From positions 35,962,001-36,026,000 of the forward strand of contig NW_024704743.1 in the NCBI RefSeq assembly GCF_018977255.1: 64,000 nucleotides of DNA, in the 5' to 3' direction. Both the position numbers and the translations under genes were made by a program. Under the pieces are notes generated by a model. That model was not told the origin of the DNA and searched no databases. It saw nothing but the letters and a program-made list of their open reading frames with translations. The stretch comes from Callorhinchus milii (taxonomy: Eukaryota). Shown here piece after piece: positions 51,690 to 63,744 of this stretch. How positions within the stretch are numbered: position 1 is the first letter of the stretch; every line of letters begins with the position of its first letter.

Positions 51690-51940
51690 ACAGTCAAGAC
51701 TTGAGCTCACAATCTCTGTTGACACTCCAGTTCCCCATTCCAGGACTGGGGGAACTTCACATTGTCGTGGGTGTCATGAGATATTAAACAAGGTCTCACC
51801 TCTAGATCTGCCTCTCGGTTGATCTAAGGGATTCTACGAAATTATTCAAAAATAAAAGTTCTTTTGCCAGTGCCCTGGCCAATAATCCTCCATCTTAATT
51901 GATCATTTGCCTCATTGCTGTTTTTGGGATCCTATTGCCA
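51690..51940 (+). mobile_element. Degenerate Deu SINE
   Basis: gacttgagc..gacactccagt..gagatattaaac..gtgccctggccaata. Confidence 0.55.
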
Positions 51941-52904
51941 TGTTTAAAAAGCTATGATACATTACAAGAAGCACCTCTGAAACTCTTTGAGATATCATTG
52001 AAAAATGCAACTTCTTTCTTTACTATGTGGTGGGGGGAGATTAAACTGAACCAGATCTGAACTATATGGGACCACAGAAGAATACAATGCGGCCCCAGAA
52101 ATTTGGCTATAACATTGTCATGGGGTGCATTCCATTCAACCCACACATGTTCCCAGCTGACCCACTTGATTTCTGCATGCTGACTAGTTCTCATGCTAAA
52201 ATGGCCAACATCCTGGATCATTAAGTCACCACAGAGAACACATCCTGTTTTCTATACATGCTTAAAGCAGGAAGTGATATCAGCAGCAACTTGTGACCTG
52301 GAAATTTGCCATTTTGTTTAGTGAGGGCACTGGCCAGCGTACAGAGAGTGAGTGGCCAGCTGTGCATATGAGCAGTGAAACCAGCTAGTGTGAGACTGGA
52401 TTTTACAGTCAAACCATCACATTGTAAAAGGCTTCGCTGAATATAGGATATGAATTTTCCTAGGCTTTCATTTCTTACTGGGGCAATGCAGAAATGTGCT
52501 GAGACAAACAATGTCCTTGGTAATATCAGCAGCAACTTGATGACATGGAAATTGGCCATTTTGTTTTACAGCTGATTAATTGGCTAATTGTTACACTCTG
52601 ATTTTCCAGTTGTCTACTCATTCCTTTTGCCAGTTTCTCCTGTCAGATTGTTGACATAGTTGCCAAGTTTCAAAATAAATTTCAGTGATATCATTATTCA
52701 TGGTGAACCAATTCTGACTTCAAGTCTCCGTTTTTGTGTAGATATTGGGGTGAATTTTATAGCATTATATAAAGCCTTCCTTTGGATATGCATTGTGAAA
52801 TAAATGCCACAGATTTAATTTCATTAAAACGAGGAGTTTACAGTGAAATTGCAGTGTTTCATACCTTACATCAGATTGTTGAACTGGCTTGTGCTGCATT
52901 GTTG

Positions 52905-53145
52905 AAGGTTGCTTTGTTTGGTTGAGAGACGTTAAACTGAGGTCTCTTCTACCCATTCAGGTGGACGTTAAAAATCCCATGGAACTATTTAATAAAAAGA
53001 AAGGCATTTCTCCCTGTGTGATGGCCAACAATCCCTTCCCCACCTAATCATTCACTTCATGACTATCGGTGAGACATTAATGTGCACAAATTGGCTGCCA
53101 TGTTCACCTATAAAATACACAGTTACTACACTTTACAGTAAATAC
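52905..53145 (+). mobile_element. Deu SINE core and tail
   Basis: gagacgttaaactgagg..caggtggacgttaaaaatcccatgg..gcacaaattggctgcc. Confidence 0.75.
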
Positions 53146-55140
53146 TGTTGTCACAGTATCTTATCTCTGGGTGAGAATTACACACTCCTTCCAGGTGCAC
53201 TCTGAAAGGAGTCATCATTCTCTTCTCTAATTGCTATTAGGTTATGTGCCTGTTCAGAGCGGTCTCACAAAATACATAAAATACAAAATATTTTAATAAA
53301 ATATTTCTTAATCATTCAAACCCATATGCTTCAGTATATAAATTCCCACATTTGGAGCATTCCAAGCAAAAATAACTTGTATATTACTTTGATAATACTT
53401 TGTTAATATAACTTTAACAAGGCATAATATCTTATACTTTTTAATATATCTAACCACTGAGCCTCAACAATTGGACCACCAGGGGTAAACAAATAGAGCC
53501 ACCTTCCCCCAAATTCACATCTCTTATAAGTTCCTCAAATTCAGAGTTTTTATAATTAGTAATATTAAAGTCAAATGTTAGTTAAAACTCCAAAGCTCAA
53601 CAACTCCCGTATAACGCCACTCCCTCTCTTTTATACCTCAAATATGCTAATGTGACTTTTTTACCCAATCAGTTCTCTGTACTTTGACAAACTCAACTCC
53701 TAATTGACTAAGAATGACCTCCTTCAATCAATCCTTCGTACTTTGACAGTTTGAAAACAAACTCATTAACTCAATTATCGTTTAGATTAAAAGACTCTGA
53801 CAAGACCATAAAATCCATTAACTCACAAAATCTAACCAAAAAGCCATAAACCGAAAGCACTTAACCAACATTTTTACACCTTAAGAGCAATAAACAGATT
53901 GATATCTCAATCTAACAAATTCAACAGACCATCTTGCTTTGAACACCTGTGTCCCTTCTCTATGAACCTAAATATTCATCCTATTTTGATTAACCCTTAA
54001 CTACCTCACATTGTGACACTTTGAGACATCCTTCTGATGTGAAACAAACTATATAAAAGGGAAAGATTATTATTGTTATGTTGGCAGTTCAAAACATAAT
54101 ACTAGAACTATTGCAAGAAATATGAATTTACAGTTATAAAAACATCGCTGGTACATGGCGTAATTTGAATGAACTTGTGAAAGTATATCCTAAACAGTGG
54201 GTTATAAACCATCACATGAAACACAGAATTGCAGAATAACAGTGCTGTGATAATTAAAAAATTGAATTATCTGCTACTTTCCATTATTAAAAAATGGAAT
54301 GAACAAATGCTAGCAGACTTTTAAAACGACTGTTGTTTCGGGAACTCTTTGACATCTTTTATCAAGATGTGAACAAACTGCTGAGTGCATTGTGCGTACT
54401 GTAGCAGTCCATCGAGTGTCAGAGTTAGACGTGTTGGCTCTCATAAACTGAATATGTCTAAGGTTCAAATGAACACGAGTGAGTTTTGTGAAGCGCAAAA
54501 CCTGTCTGAGAATGTAAAATGACACCTGATTTGTGATGGGTCCATTCCGCCCAGCCTGAGCTTGTTGTTTGTACCGAAACACACGACGCAGAAGCTCAGC
54601 AGAAGTCCCCTTGGATGCTCTTGAAAATGGTAGATTCCCTTTTGAAAGTTAGCATGCCACAGATGGAATTCAACAAGCTGAAAACAGATAAATATACAAA
54701 TTATGGCACTGCAGCGGTGTGATTATTGTAGGCATTTCACTTTCATGTGTCAATTCTAATGCATTGCATTTACTTTCTCTGGGAACTCACAGCTATAACT
54801 TGATTTGTTTCAGAAAGCAAATGTGTAAAGAAATTCTTATCACGGCAGCCCAAATCTCCCCACATTGCTTCGTTCCAGTAACAGTAATAACCTTCCTAAT
54901 ATGTGGAAAACAGCAATATAATTATTGCTGTATAATAGTGATTTTTTAAATATATTTTCAATTATCATTTAAATGTACTCTATGTACTTAGGTTAGAAAG
55001 TCCATTTTCTAGCAGTTAGCTTCTTTCACTTTTCATGAATAAATTTGACGAATGATAAGTGACAAATGAATCACACATGCGAGTGCTGTTAACCCTTTCA
55101 AAGGATAATGCTGCTTTACACTGCAGGTTTCACTGTGATT

Positions 55141-55333
55141 CTAATAATAATCCTTGCATTTCATATGGCATCTTATCACGTCTTCGAGACACCTCAAAGC
55201 ACTTCCACAGAATATACTGTAAAGTGAATTGACTATATATTTTGTGGGTGAAACATTTCGCCCTGCCAGAGAATCGAACCCAGGTCCTCTTGCTTTCGAG
55301 GTAAGCGCTCTAACCACTGAGCTACAGGACTCC
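55141..55333 (-). mobile_element. Young SINE with internal deletion
   Basis: Head joined directly to the tail at gggcgaaat|gtttcaccc. Confidence 0.85.
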
Positions 55334-56160
55334 TGTTGGTTTGTATGATTCACAACTGGTGTCACACAAAGCAACAGGAACTGGTTTCTATCTTCAAAAG
55401 ATGGGTCTCCACCTTTCCCCTGCACTTTGCCCGGGTCCAGGCTGCAAAGCTCACTTACTTGCTATATAATCAGGAGGGTTGATCCGCTGTGATACAGATT
55501 GGAGCCCTATGACTGGGCTCGAAAGTCATATTATAAAATGTAACACCAGAGTTCAGACAGTGCTAAATTGTGTATGTGCAGAAATCCCAAATTGTGTTAG
55601 ATTTAGAAAGGAAAATATAGATCCGGCTTTCTTCTTCAACATTGCACTGCTGCTGAAATGACTTTGCTTCCAGCAGCATAAAATAAAAATAATCATCATC
55701 TTTACATTTCATATAGCGCCTTTCCTGTTGGCACTAATGGTCTGATATTGAAGTTTCGCTAAAGATTTGCAACTTCTAGTTTTACTCGAGTGCAATTTTG
55801 TGAAGTTATTGTAACTGATTTTCACTGAGTGAATTGCACAAATGACATGGGCTTGGGAGGAAAGGAAAATATTTTACTTTCATTTCTTCCTGAGGGCATT
55901 GACTCACAAGAGAGTTCCAAAGAGACGAGCTGGCCTCTGGGTGCCTCGAAGAAAGGATTATTGTTTACGAGTGACCCAAGGTGGTGAGTGTCAGCAATTA
56001 CAGACAAGGCTGATCCATTCCTCACCCAACATCCACGCACTTTACAAAAGGGGGCAATGGTTTGTACTGTAGGTTGTTGTCAGTGGTTTGCTGTCCATGG
56101 TTTGTAGGCAATGGTTGGAATCTAGGATGACTTTCTCCCTTATTCACCCAGCAACCATGT

Positions 56161-56538
56161 GATCCTCACCCTTGTCTTCAAATCCTTCCACTCCTCTACA
56201 CCCCGCCTACCTCTCTGACCTCTCTCCTCACAACGGTGCCCGTTGTCTTTGGTCCTCCGGGTCTGGCCTCCTCCTTGTCCCCTAAGTCCTCCGCTCCACC
56301 CTCGGTGGCCGTACTTTCAGCCACTATGCCCTGAGGCTCTGGAACTCCCTTCCTCATTCCCTTCGCCTCGCCCCCTCTCTTCCTATTTTCAGATCTCTGC
56401 TCAAGACCTTTCTTTTCGACCGCGCCTTTCACCTTCCTCCCCCTGGCTCAGCCCCGGGATCCGTTACTGTGAAGCGCTCTGAGACGCCGTCTGGAGTGGA
56501 GGGCGCTATATAAATCCAAGTTGTTGTTGTTGTTGTTG
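56161..56538 (+). mobile_element. L2 3' end (subfamily B)
   Basis: ILTLVFKSFHSSTPPYLSDL..; hairpin gagacgccgtctggagtg; (TTG)n tail. Confidence 0.95.
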
Positions 56539-56867
56539 CCATGATTGATTGAGATGAGCTGGCTCGTCACAGGCCAGTGACTAAACCTGAATCCGTTCTG
56601 AATTGTATTGTTCAGTAACACTCAATGTTGTTACTCAGTAACAACACCTGAAGGTGCTGTCAGCAGTATTGAGCCCCGCTGTGATGTTCTGCCACATTTC
56701 TTTCTGCTCCAGAAATGAGAGGGCTACCTCAAGCGCATATATTGTTTATCAAGGCACCATGAGACAGACTGAGCTAATTTGATTCGAAATGTCACTAATT
56801 GTTCTGAAAACATTGGGTTTTCCTAGATCCTGCCAAACCTCTCCTATTGTTAAGGGACACTTCCACT

Positions 56868-57214
56868 GGATTCCCGTAGCTCAGTGGTTAAAGCATTCGC
56901 TTCGCAAGTGAGAGACCTGGGTTTGATTCCTGGCAGGGCGAAATGTTGGGCAAGTTTCCTTACACCACAAGCCTCTGTTTATCTAGCAGTAAGTAGGAAC
57001 CCGGTTGTTAGTCGATTGGCGGATCGCTTTTCCAGAGGTAATAATAATAATGAATTCAAGCCACGACTGTGGGACCCTGCTCTGCGCAATTGGCTGCCGC
57101 GTTTCGCCCACAAAACATACAGTCAATTCACTTCACAGTGTATTCTGTGAAGCACTTTGAGACGTCTCAAAGACGTGATAAGGCGCTATATGAAATGCAA
57201 GGATTATTATTATA
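56868..57214 (+). mobile_element. Young tRNA-headed SINE, long form, full length
   Basis: gtagctcagtggttaaagc..ttcgcaagtgagagacctgggtttgattcc head through (TTA)n tail. Confidence 0.9.
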
Positions 57215-57619
57215 TGGGTTTGTGACTTCCACTCGGTGGAAGGACTGTACCAGGGTGCAATATGGGGGTAACAAACTATAGGCCCATGGCAAGAAGCAGT
57301 CCTGCGCCACTTGGGATACAACACTTTGTTTCCTGCCACATCGATTGCAGTCCTGATCTCCTGCTTGCTGTTTCCCTTACTTGCTTATTTGTCTTGAAAT
57401 TCAACCCTGGAGACTGACCTGGAGGCCTATAGAGTAGAGCTCCAAAACCCTCAACAAACCGCAGGAAGCATTCTTTTATAGTGGAAAATGCAGTTCCAGA
57501 TTCAATTACTGGCCAGTATTAGATAAAAAGTACCATCTAGGTATGCGGGGGATGAGATATAATTCAATATTCACTTATTTGCTGTTACAAGTGAAGAAAC
57601 AAATTTCATTATGTTTCTT

Positions 57620-57900
57620 TGGATGATGTTAAACCGAGGTCCTGTCTGCCTGTTCAGGTGGATTTCAAAGATCCCATGGCATTATTTGAAAAGAGAAGGG
57701 AATTTCTCCCAGGGTCTGTGCCAACAATCCCCCAAATAAAATTGATCACTCACTCCATGGCTATTTGTGGGACATTGTTGTGCACAACTGGCTGCCTTCT
57801 TTTGCCCACAGAACACACAGTCAATCCACTTTACAGTATATCCTATGAAGCACTTTGAGATGTCTCAACAATGTAATAAGGCACCATATAAATGTAAGAA
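57620..57900 (+). mobile_element. Deu SINE core and tail
   Basis: gttaaaccgaggtcctgtctgcctgttcaggtggatttcaaagatcccatggc. Confidence 0.8.
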
Positions 57901-59034
57901 GTATTAGTCTATTATTATTTTCTATGATACATTGAGAAATATACATCTAAGATCCTAAACTGAGGAATTACCTTGTAGACTTGCTTTTAAGTGAAAGCTG
58001 AAGGGTCATTTAGTATTCTCGTCAGTAGCTGCATGAGTTGTTGGATCAATTGGCTAAACAGGGAAACAGGGAGTAAGTGTTTTATTCTACTTGCTGTATA
58101 CAGCAGATATTCTGTAATAACAATCCTCACATTTGCTGTAGCATCTTTCACATTGGGAGGACGTCTCAAATGCTTCACAGGATTTAAGTGTAGTGACTGG
58201 ATATTTCATAGGTGAATTACTACACCAAAATTTATTAGTTCTCCTCAACACATACAGTACTTGCTGTGCTGTAATTTTAAGCTCTTCACAAGTTCTTACT
58301 GAATTCTCATTGTTTTCGTCTGGGTGTGATTCAATTTTGAACTAATTCCAACTGCAATCTAGTGTCCTGTTTTAATTCCTATTGAATCAAATTGGATTTG
58401 TTTACAGCGACTCTGCTCCAATCGATCCCTGAAGTGCTGATGCCCGGCAGAGTTTTTTAACAAGACTTATTTTCTTTTATTGTGTCGTGAGGGATGGAGG
58501 GAAGTTACTCATTGCTGTACACAAATCAATTCAAGCAGTTTATTTGTATCCACTTCAAAAGTGAGAATGCCAATTTCTTGTCTTATTTACATAGTATCAA
58601 GGATTGGTTGCTATCCAGAGTTTGTAAATGAATGTTCACATTGAAGTAATAAATTTATCAAGTATCCGAATTTAGCCCACTGGAGACACTTCAGGAGCCT
58701 GAGATTTCTCATGTTATTTGGTCGAATGCCATTATCTTAAAATTTAAAATCACGTGGCATTTGGGAATCAATCTTAAATTTAGGTTTAGTTTAGAGGATT
58801 ATTTCCTTCAAGAAAGAACTGGGGCAAATCAGCTTGCAAATTAACTACTGAATTTAAGACTTTTTCAAAATTCCACACAATTGTATATTTTAGGATGAGG
58901 GTGTCATTGCTAAGAAGATGAGACATTTCAGGCCCCAGATATGTTGTTAGTATATATTTTTATATAATAAAAAAGATATCAAGAGCCTCCTTGCTGGCCT
59001 GAAGTGAAAAGACAACCCTGAGCTACAGAGTGCT

Positions 59035-59238
59035 TTCTTTAGCCACTATGCCCCCGAAATTCTGGAACTCAATTCCTCCGCCTTGTCCCCTCCCTCCCCA
59101 CCTTCGAATCCTGCCTTAATACCTTTCTTTTTGATCATGCTTACGGTCATCTCTCCCTTCCCTTGGCTCGTTGTCAGACTCCACCGCTGTAAAGTGCTCT
59201 GGGCCGCTACCCTGCGTGAACGGCACAAGTTGTTGTTG
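59035..59238 (+). mobile_element. Old L2 3' end
   Basis: ttagccactatgcccc..tctggaactc..aagttgttgttg. Confidence 0.7.
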
Positions 59239-59464
59239 TACATGCATAGACTGACAGCTTACAGGTATGAATCCCAGTCTGTGCCTACTTAGTTTATCTT
59301 AGTTGGGCAGCTTTTGGGATGTCACCGATAAACTCATAGACCCTGTGTTAGGGAGGTGAAAATTAGCTAATGTTCCCACTCTTCACTGCTAGCCAGGTAC
59401 TCCTGCTGGATGGTGCACGTATAATAATAATCTTTGCATTATTACTGCATTATTGCGATAATCA

Positions 59465-59633
59465 ATTTGCATTATCGATTAACAATCCGCCAATCACCAG
59501 GTTCCTACTTACTGCTAGGTAAACAGTGGCGTGTGGAGTAAGGAAACTTGCCCAATGCTTCGCCCTGCCTGGGAATCGAAGCAGGCCTCTCGCTTGCGAG
59601 GCGAGTGCTCTAACCTGTGAGCTACAGGACTCC
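59465..59633 (-). mobile_element. Young SINE 5' half
   Basis: Reverse head and central block. Confidence 0.85.
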
Positions 59634-60539
59634 ACAATATATTCTACAATATATTCTAAAGTGGATTGACTATAATAATATAATAATAATAATCCTTGCA
59701 TTTGATATAGCTATATATTTTGTGGGCAAAAATACAGTGAGGTGGATATAAATAATACCTATGTGTGGATGTTCGGCACCAGCAGTGCTGTCAAGATTCA
59801 CAAAATGACTAATCAGGTAAGGTCTCAGATTATGGCCAGTAGAAATGTCTTTAGGAACGAAATGAAGAGAATAATGAAAGAGAAAAATTAACAGGTAAAA
59901 AAGTATCACTACGAAAGTACTTTACGTGTGTATGTTTGCCATCACTGTGTCTAATGTAAACCACTGGTTTCTGGTTGCAACGCATCAAGTTATTAAAGTA
60001 CTCATTAACAACTTGAACTTAAACCTCTTACAACTTAAACAGGATAAGAGTTAGTCTTCATCTTTAAAGGCCATGTCCTGAAAGCTAATGATTCACATCT
60101 CTCTGAAAGAAGCTCCATTCGTCTGTAAGCGAGTTTTCTTAATGAGTTAGAGTATAATACAATACAAATTTACAGTTATATTGCATCTTTCACATCCAGA
60201 GGCATCCCAAGTTTCTTAATCATCTTGCCTTGGCACCCGAGCTGGGCGTGAGAGCCAAGGGAGATGGGGAGGGGAAAGATGAAAAAAACGCAGTTAACGA
60301 GGAAGGCCAAAGAGGTCAGATCTTGAGAGTGAGCGATTATCATTTTATAATCGCACTGCACTTAGGTGCCTTTTTCAAGCTGAAGAGACATGCGGGTTAA
60401 ATTTATCTAATTTTCTCGCACATTTTCACTCTGCACAAATGCCAGTGTCATATAGAAAAGTGTGAAGGTCCTTGATCTATTTTAGCGAGCCCCCTGTCCC
60501 TGGGGTCAATGTTTGCAAACTTTTATTCCTCTACAGGCC

Positions 60540-60900
60540 ACTGATCCAATTGATTGTTTCAATGAATCAGTATTTACTGCACTAGGTGGCAGACTGTTCC
60601 ATGAGTCAGTATCCTCTGGTTTGTCTATCTTGGCTTTCAACAAAATTCCCTTTGTAAATCAGCATGTAACTTCTTTTGTCTCTTATCATAGCTCAGTGAT
60701 CTTCAATTTTCTGAATCTTTTTTCACTGCCCTTTTCTCTTTTGGTAATTTCTCTGACACAGTTAATACAGTTTGCCTCATTTTATTTTACGGCTGAGTAC
60801 AGTAGTAACCTGTCAATATCATTCCCTGAGTCTTGGATCCTATGGACAGATCCTCTTGGACACCTCAATATTTTATTCGCCTTTGATGCCCCTGCCTCTC
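60540..60900 (-). mobile_element. Highly degenerate CR1-like fragment
   Basis: Minus-strand ASKANKILRC and WNSLP remnants. Confidence 0.4.
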
Positions 60901-61289
60901 AGCATAATAATGTTTTCAACATCTGCTATAATATTATACCAGACATCTTTCCGATGTCAAAGGCACGACGCAAATGTAATTTTGTATTGTGTTGCATTAA
61001 TCTTGAATGTCCTTATTTACCTAGAAACTTTAATATCAAGGCAATATGTTCAAAAACTCAACTCTCTGAGTGCTGCAGTTGAATGTGGTTAAGCTGCAGG
61101 AAAGTATTTATTGTGGGCAGTAAAATAACAACAACAACTTGCATATATCGTGAAGTGCCCTTCACATGGGACAGCTTCCCAGACCGTTTAGCATCTATAA
61201 TATTAAAACACATTAAAGACTCACTTGCCATACCTATGATGGAACCCTGTCGATAACCAGGGTGTATTTTTTGTCTGAACTGAATCTCC

Positions 61290-61610
61290 CCTCAGGCAGC
61301 CGAGATCCTCATCCACGCATTCTTCACATTCAGGCTTGACTACGCAAACTCACTGCTTGTCGGCCTCCCCAACTCCTCCCTCCACAAGCTGCAAATCATC
61401 CAGTACCCTGCAGCTTGTGTCCTCGCCCGCATCAGGCTCAGTGACCCAATTACCCCCACCCTCGCCCAGCACCACTGGTTCCCCATCCCCCAGAGGATAG
61501 AGTTCAAAATCTTCATCCTCGCTTTCAAAGACCTCCATGGCTTTGCTCCTTCCTACCTCTATGATCTGCTAACCCCATATCAACCTGTGCACTTCCTCTG
61601 CTCAACAGGC
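61290..61610 (+). mobile_element. L2 ORF2 fragment
   Basis: QAAEILIHAFFTFRLDYANSLLVGLP..HWFPIPQRIEFKI. Confidence 0.9.
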
Positions 61611-61657
61611 TGAGTACAATGGTTTACACTTCCTGCAGATAACCAACTGAGCAGATG

Positions 61658-62172
61658 ACAACAACAACAACAAAATTACAGTTATAGAGTGCCTTTCACG
61701 TCAGGAGAACGTCCCAAAGCGCTGAACAGTCAGATGTCGTGGTCCGAGCATGGGGGAGGGGTGGTGTAGGGGTGAGGGAAGGCAGAGAGGTGGGAGGGAG
61801 ACCAAAGATGTGAGAAGGGTCTTGAGACCGGCCTTGAAGGAGGCAAGGGAGGAAGCAAGGCGAAGGGATTGTGGGATGGAGTTCCAGAGTGTGGGGGCAG
61901 AGAGGCTGAAAGCCCGGCCACCGATAGTAGGGTGGATTGGGTGGGAGACATGGAGCAGGCCGGAGCCTGATGAATGGAAGGAGCGGGCAGGTTGGTAGGG
62001 AGTCAGCAGGTCAGAGAGGTAGGAGGGGGCAAGGCCATGGATGGCCTTGAAGGTGAGGACGAGGATCTTGAACTCGATCGTCTGGGGGATGGGGAGCCAG
62101 TGGAGTCGGGCGAGGGTGGGAGTGATGGGGTCACAGAGCCTGGTGTGTGAGAGTACATGAGGTGCAGAGTTT
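61658..62172 (-). mobile_element. L2 3' fragment (subfamily A)
   Basis: Closely similar to 13356-13860. Confidence 0.92.
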
Positions 62173-62264
62173 GGTCTTTGTGCTTGGACTTGGATGTTGA
62201 AAAATTTTCACAACAAAAAACATACAAATCAATATGCTTTGACCTTGTGTGCAGTCCGACACAG

Positions 62265-62565
62265 CAACAACAACAACAACTTGGATTTATATAGCGCCCT
62301 CCACGCCGGACGGCATCTCAGAGCGCTTCACAGTAACAGATCCCGGGACCGAGCCAGGGGGAGGGGGAGGAAGGTGACCAAAGGCACGGTCGAAAAGAAA
62401 GGTCTTCAGCAGAGATCTGAAAATGGGAACGGAGGGCTGCGAGGCGAAGGGAGTGAGGAAGGCAGTTCCAGAGCCTCAGGGCATAGTGGCTGAAGGCACG
62501 GCCACCGAGGGTGGAACGGAGGACTTGGGGGACGAGGAGGAAGCCAGACCCGGAGGAATGAAGGC
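62265..62565 (-). mobile_element. L2 3' end (subfamily B)
   Basis: Reverse of ..gagatgccgtccggcgtggagggcgctatataaatccaa(gtt)n. Confidence 0.95.
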
Positions 62566-62944
62566 AGAAAAATAGCTGCAATTTTAGCAGAGAAACCTGT
62601 GTGGGATTTAATTGTCAGTTACATTGCCAAATTTTGACTTATTTTCTCCACTTTTGTGCTGCCTAAATGCCATTCCTGAAAGATATTGCTTTCTTTTGCA
62701 AAATCCATATTATTGGCATCATGTAGTCCAATAACCTGTCAGTGATTCTATCCTGTAAAACCAAAATTGCTGAGTAGAGAATTGAGCGTGATGCCACTAT
62801 CACATTTCACAGCTTATCTACTTGGAAAGAAGCTAAATCAAAATGTGAAATCTACACTTACTGAAGTCTAATTTGCAGTATTTTGTGATAATGTAAGTAT
62901 TTTGTGTAATTATCAAATCTCTAAAATTGGAATACATTAGAATA

Positions 62945-63320
62945 CATTATAATATACAGCACAGAAACAGGCCATTCGGCCCAACTGGTCTATGCCAGTG
63001 TTTATGCTCCACTTGAGCCTCTTCCTGCCTTTCCTCAACTAAGTCTTCAAGCATAACCTTCCATTTCTTTCTCCCTTGGATACATCTTAAATACATCTAT
63101 ACCCTTAAATACATCTATACTATTTGTCTCTACAACTCCTTGTGGCAGCACGTTCCACATTCCCACTACTCTCTGTGTGAAGAAATTTCTTCTAACTTCC
63201 CTATTTGATCTATTTGTGACTATTTTATATTGATGACCCCTGGTTTTGGTCTCCACCACAAGTAGAAACATCTTCCCTGTGTCTACCCTATCAAAAGCGT
63301 CCACCATTTTAAAGACCTGT
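62945..63320 (-). mobile_element. CR1 LINE 3' end
   Basis: FDRVD..KMF..TRGHQYK..RRNFFTQRVVGMWNVLP; 3' UTR gaccagttgggccgaatggcctgtttctgtgctgta. Confidence 0.9.
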
Positions 63321-63744
63321 CATGAAAATTATTTTCTTTGGCAAATGGAACCTTTTTTGAAATTTGGTAATCCACAATAGAAATAAACAAATGACACCCC
63401 CTTATCTACATAACCTACATGTCTATTTACTGCTTTGCCCTCAGCTGCAATTGAAGCATGCCACATATAAATTCTCTTATCTACAATTTGTTCCTGTATT
63501 TATCGTAAACCAATGTAATTTAGACAATTATTGAAAGCTTTGTGGGAATTTTCCAAATATATTTTAGGGCCTCCAACAAAGTGTTTCTAATACAAACTGT
63601 ACAACTTGGGGATTTGGGGAGTTCGACGGCTACAATTCGGAACAGGATAATTCCCCATTAATTATTACTACTACTAATAATAAGAATCATTACATTTGAT
63701 TTAGTGGCTTTCATGTCAGGAGGTCTTTCAAAGAGCTTCATAGG

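Noticed and set aside
57972..58112. Minus-strand exon candidate ending at aag|gtaatt
   Set aside because: The frames I tested from the nearby acceptors contain stops; no product recognised.
60513..61082. 189-aa plus-strand ORF
   Set aside because: It is antisense to a degenerate CR1-like fragment and has no splice or homology support.
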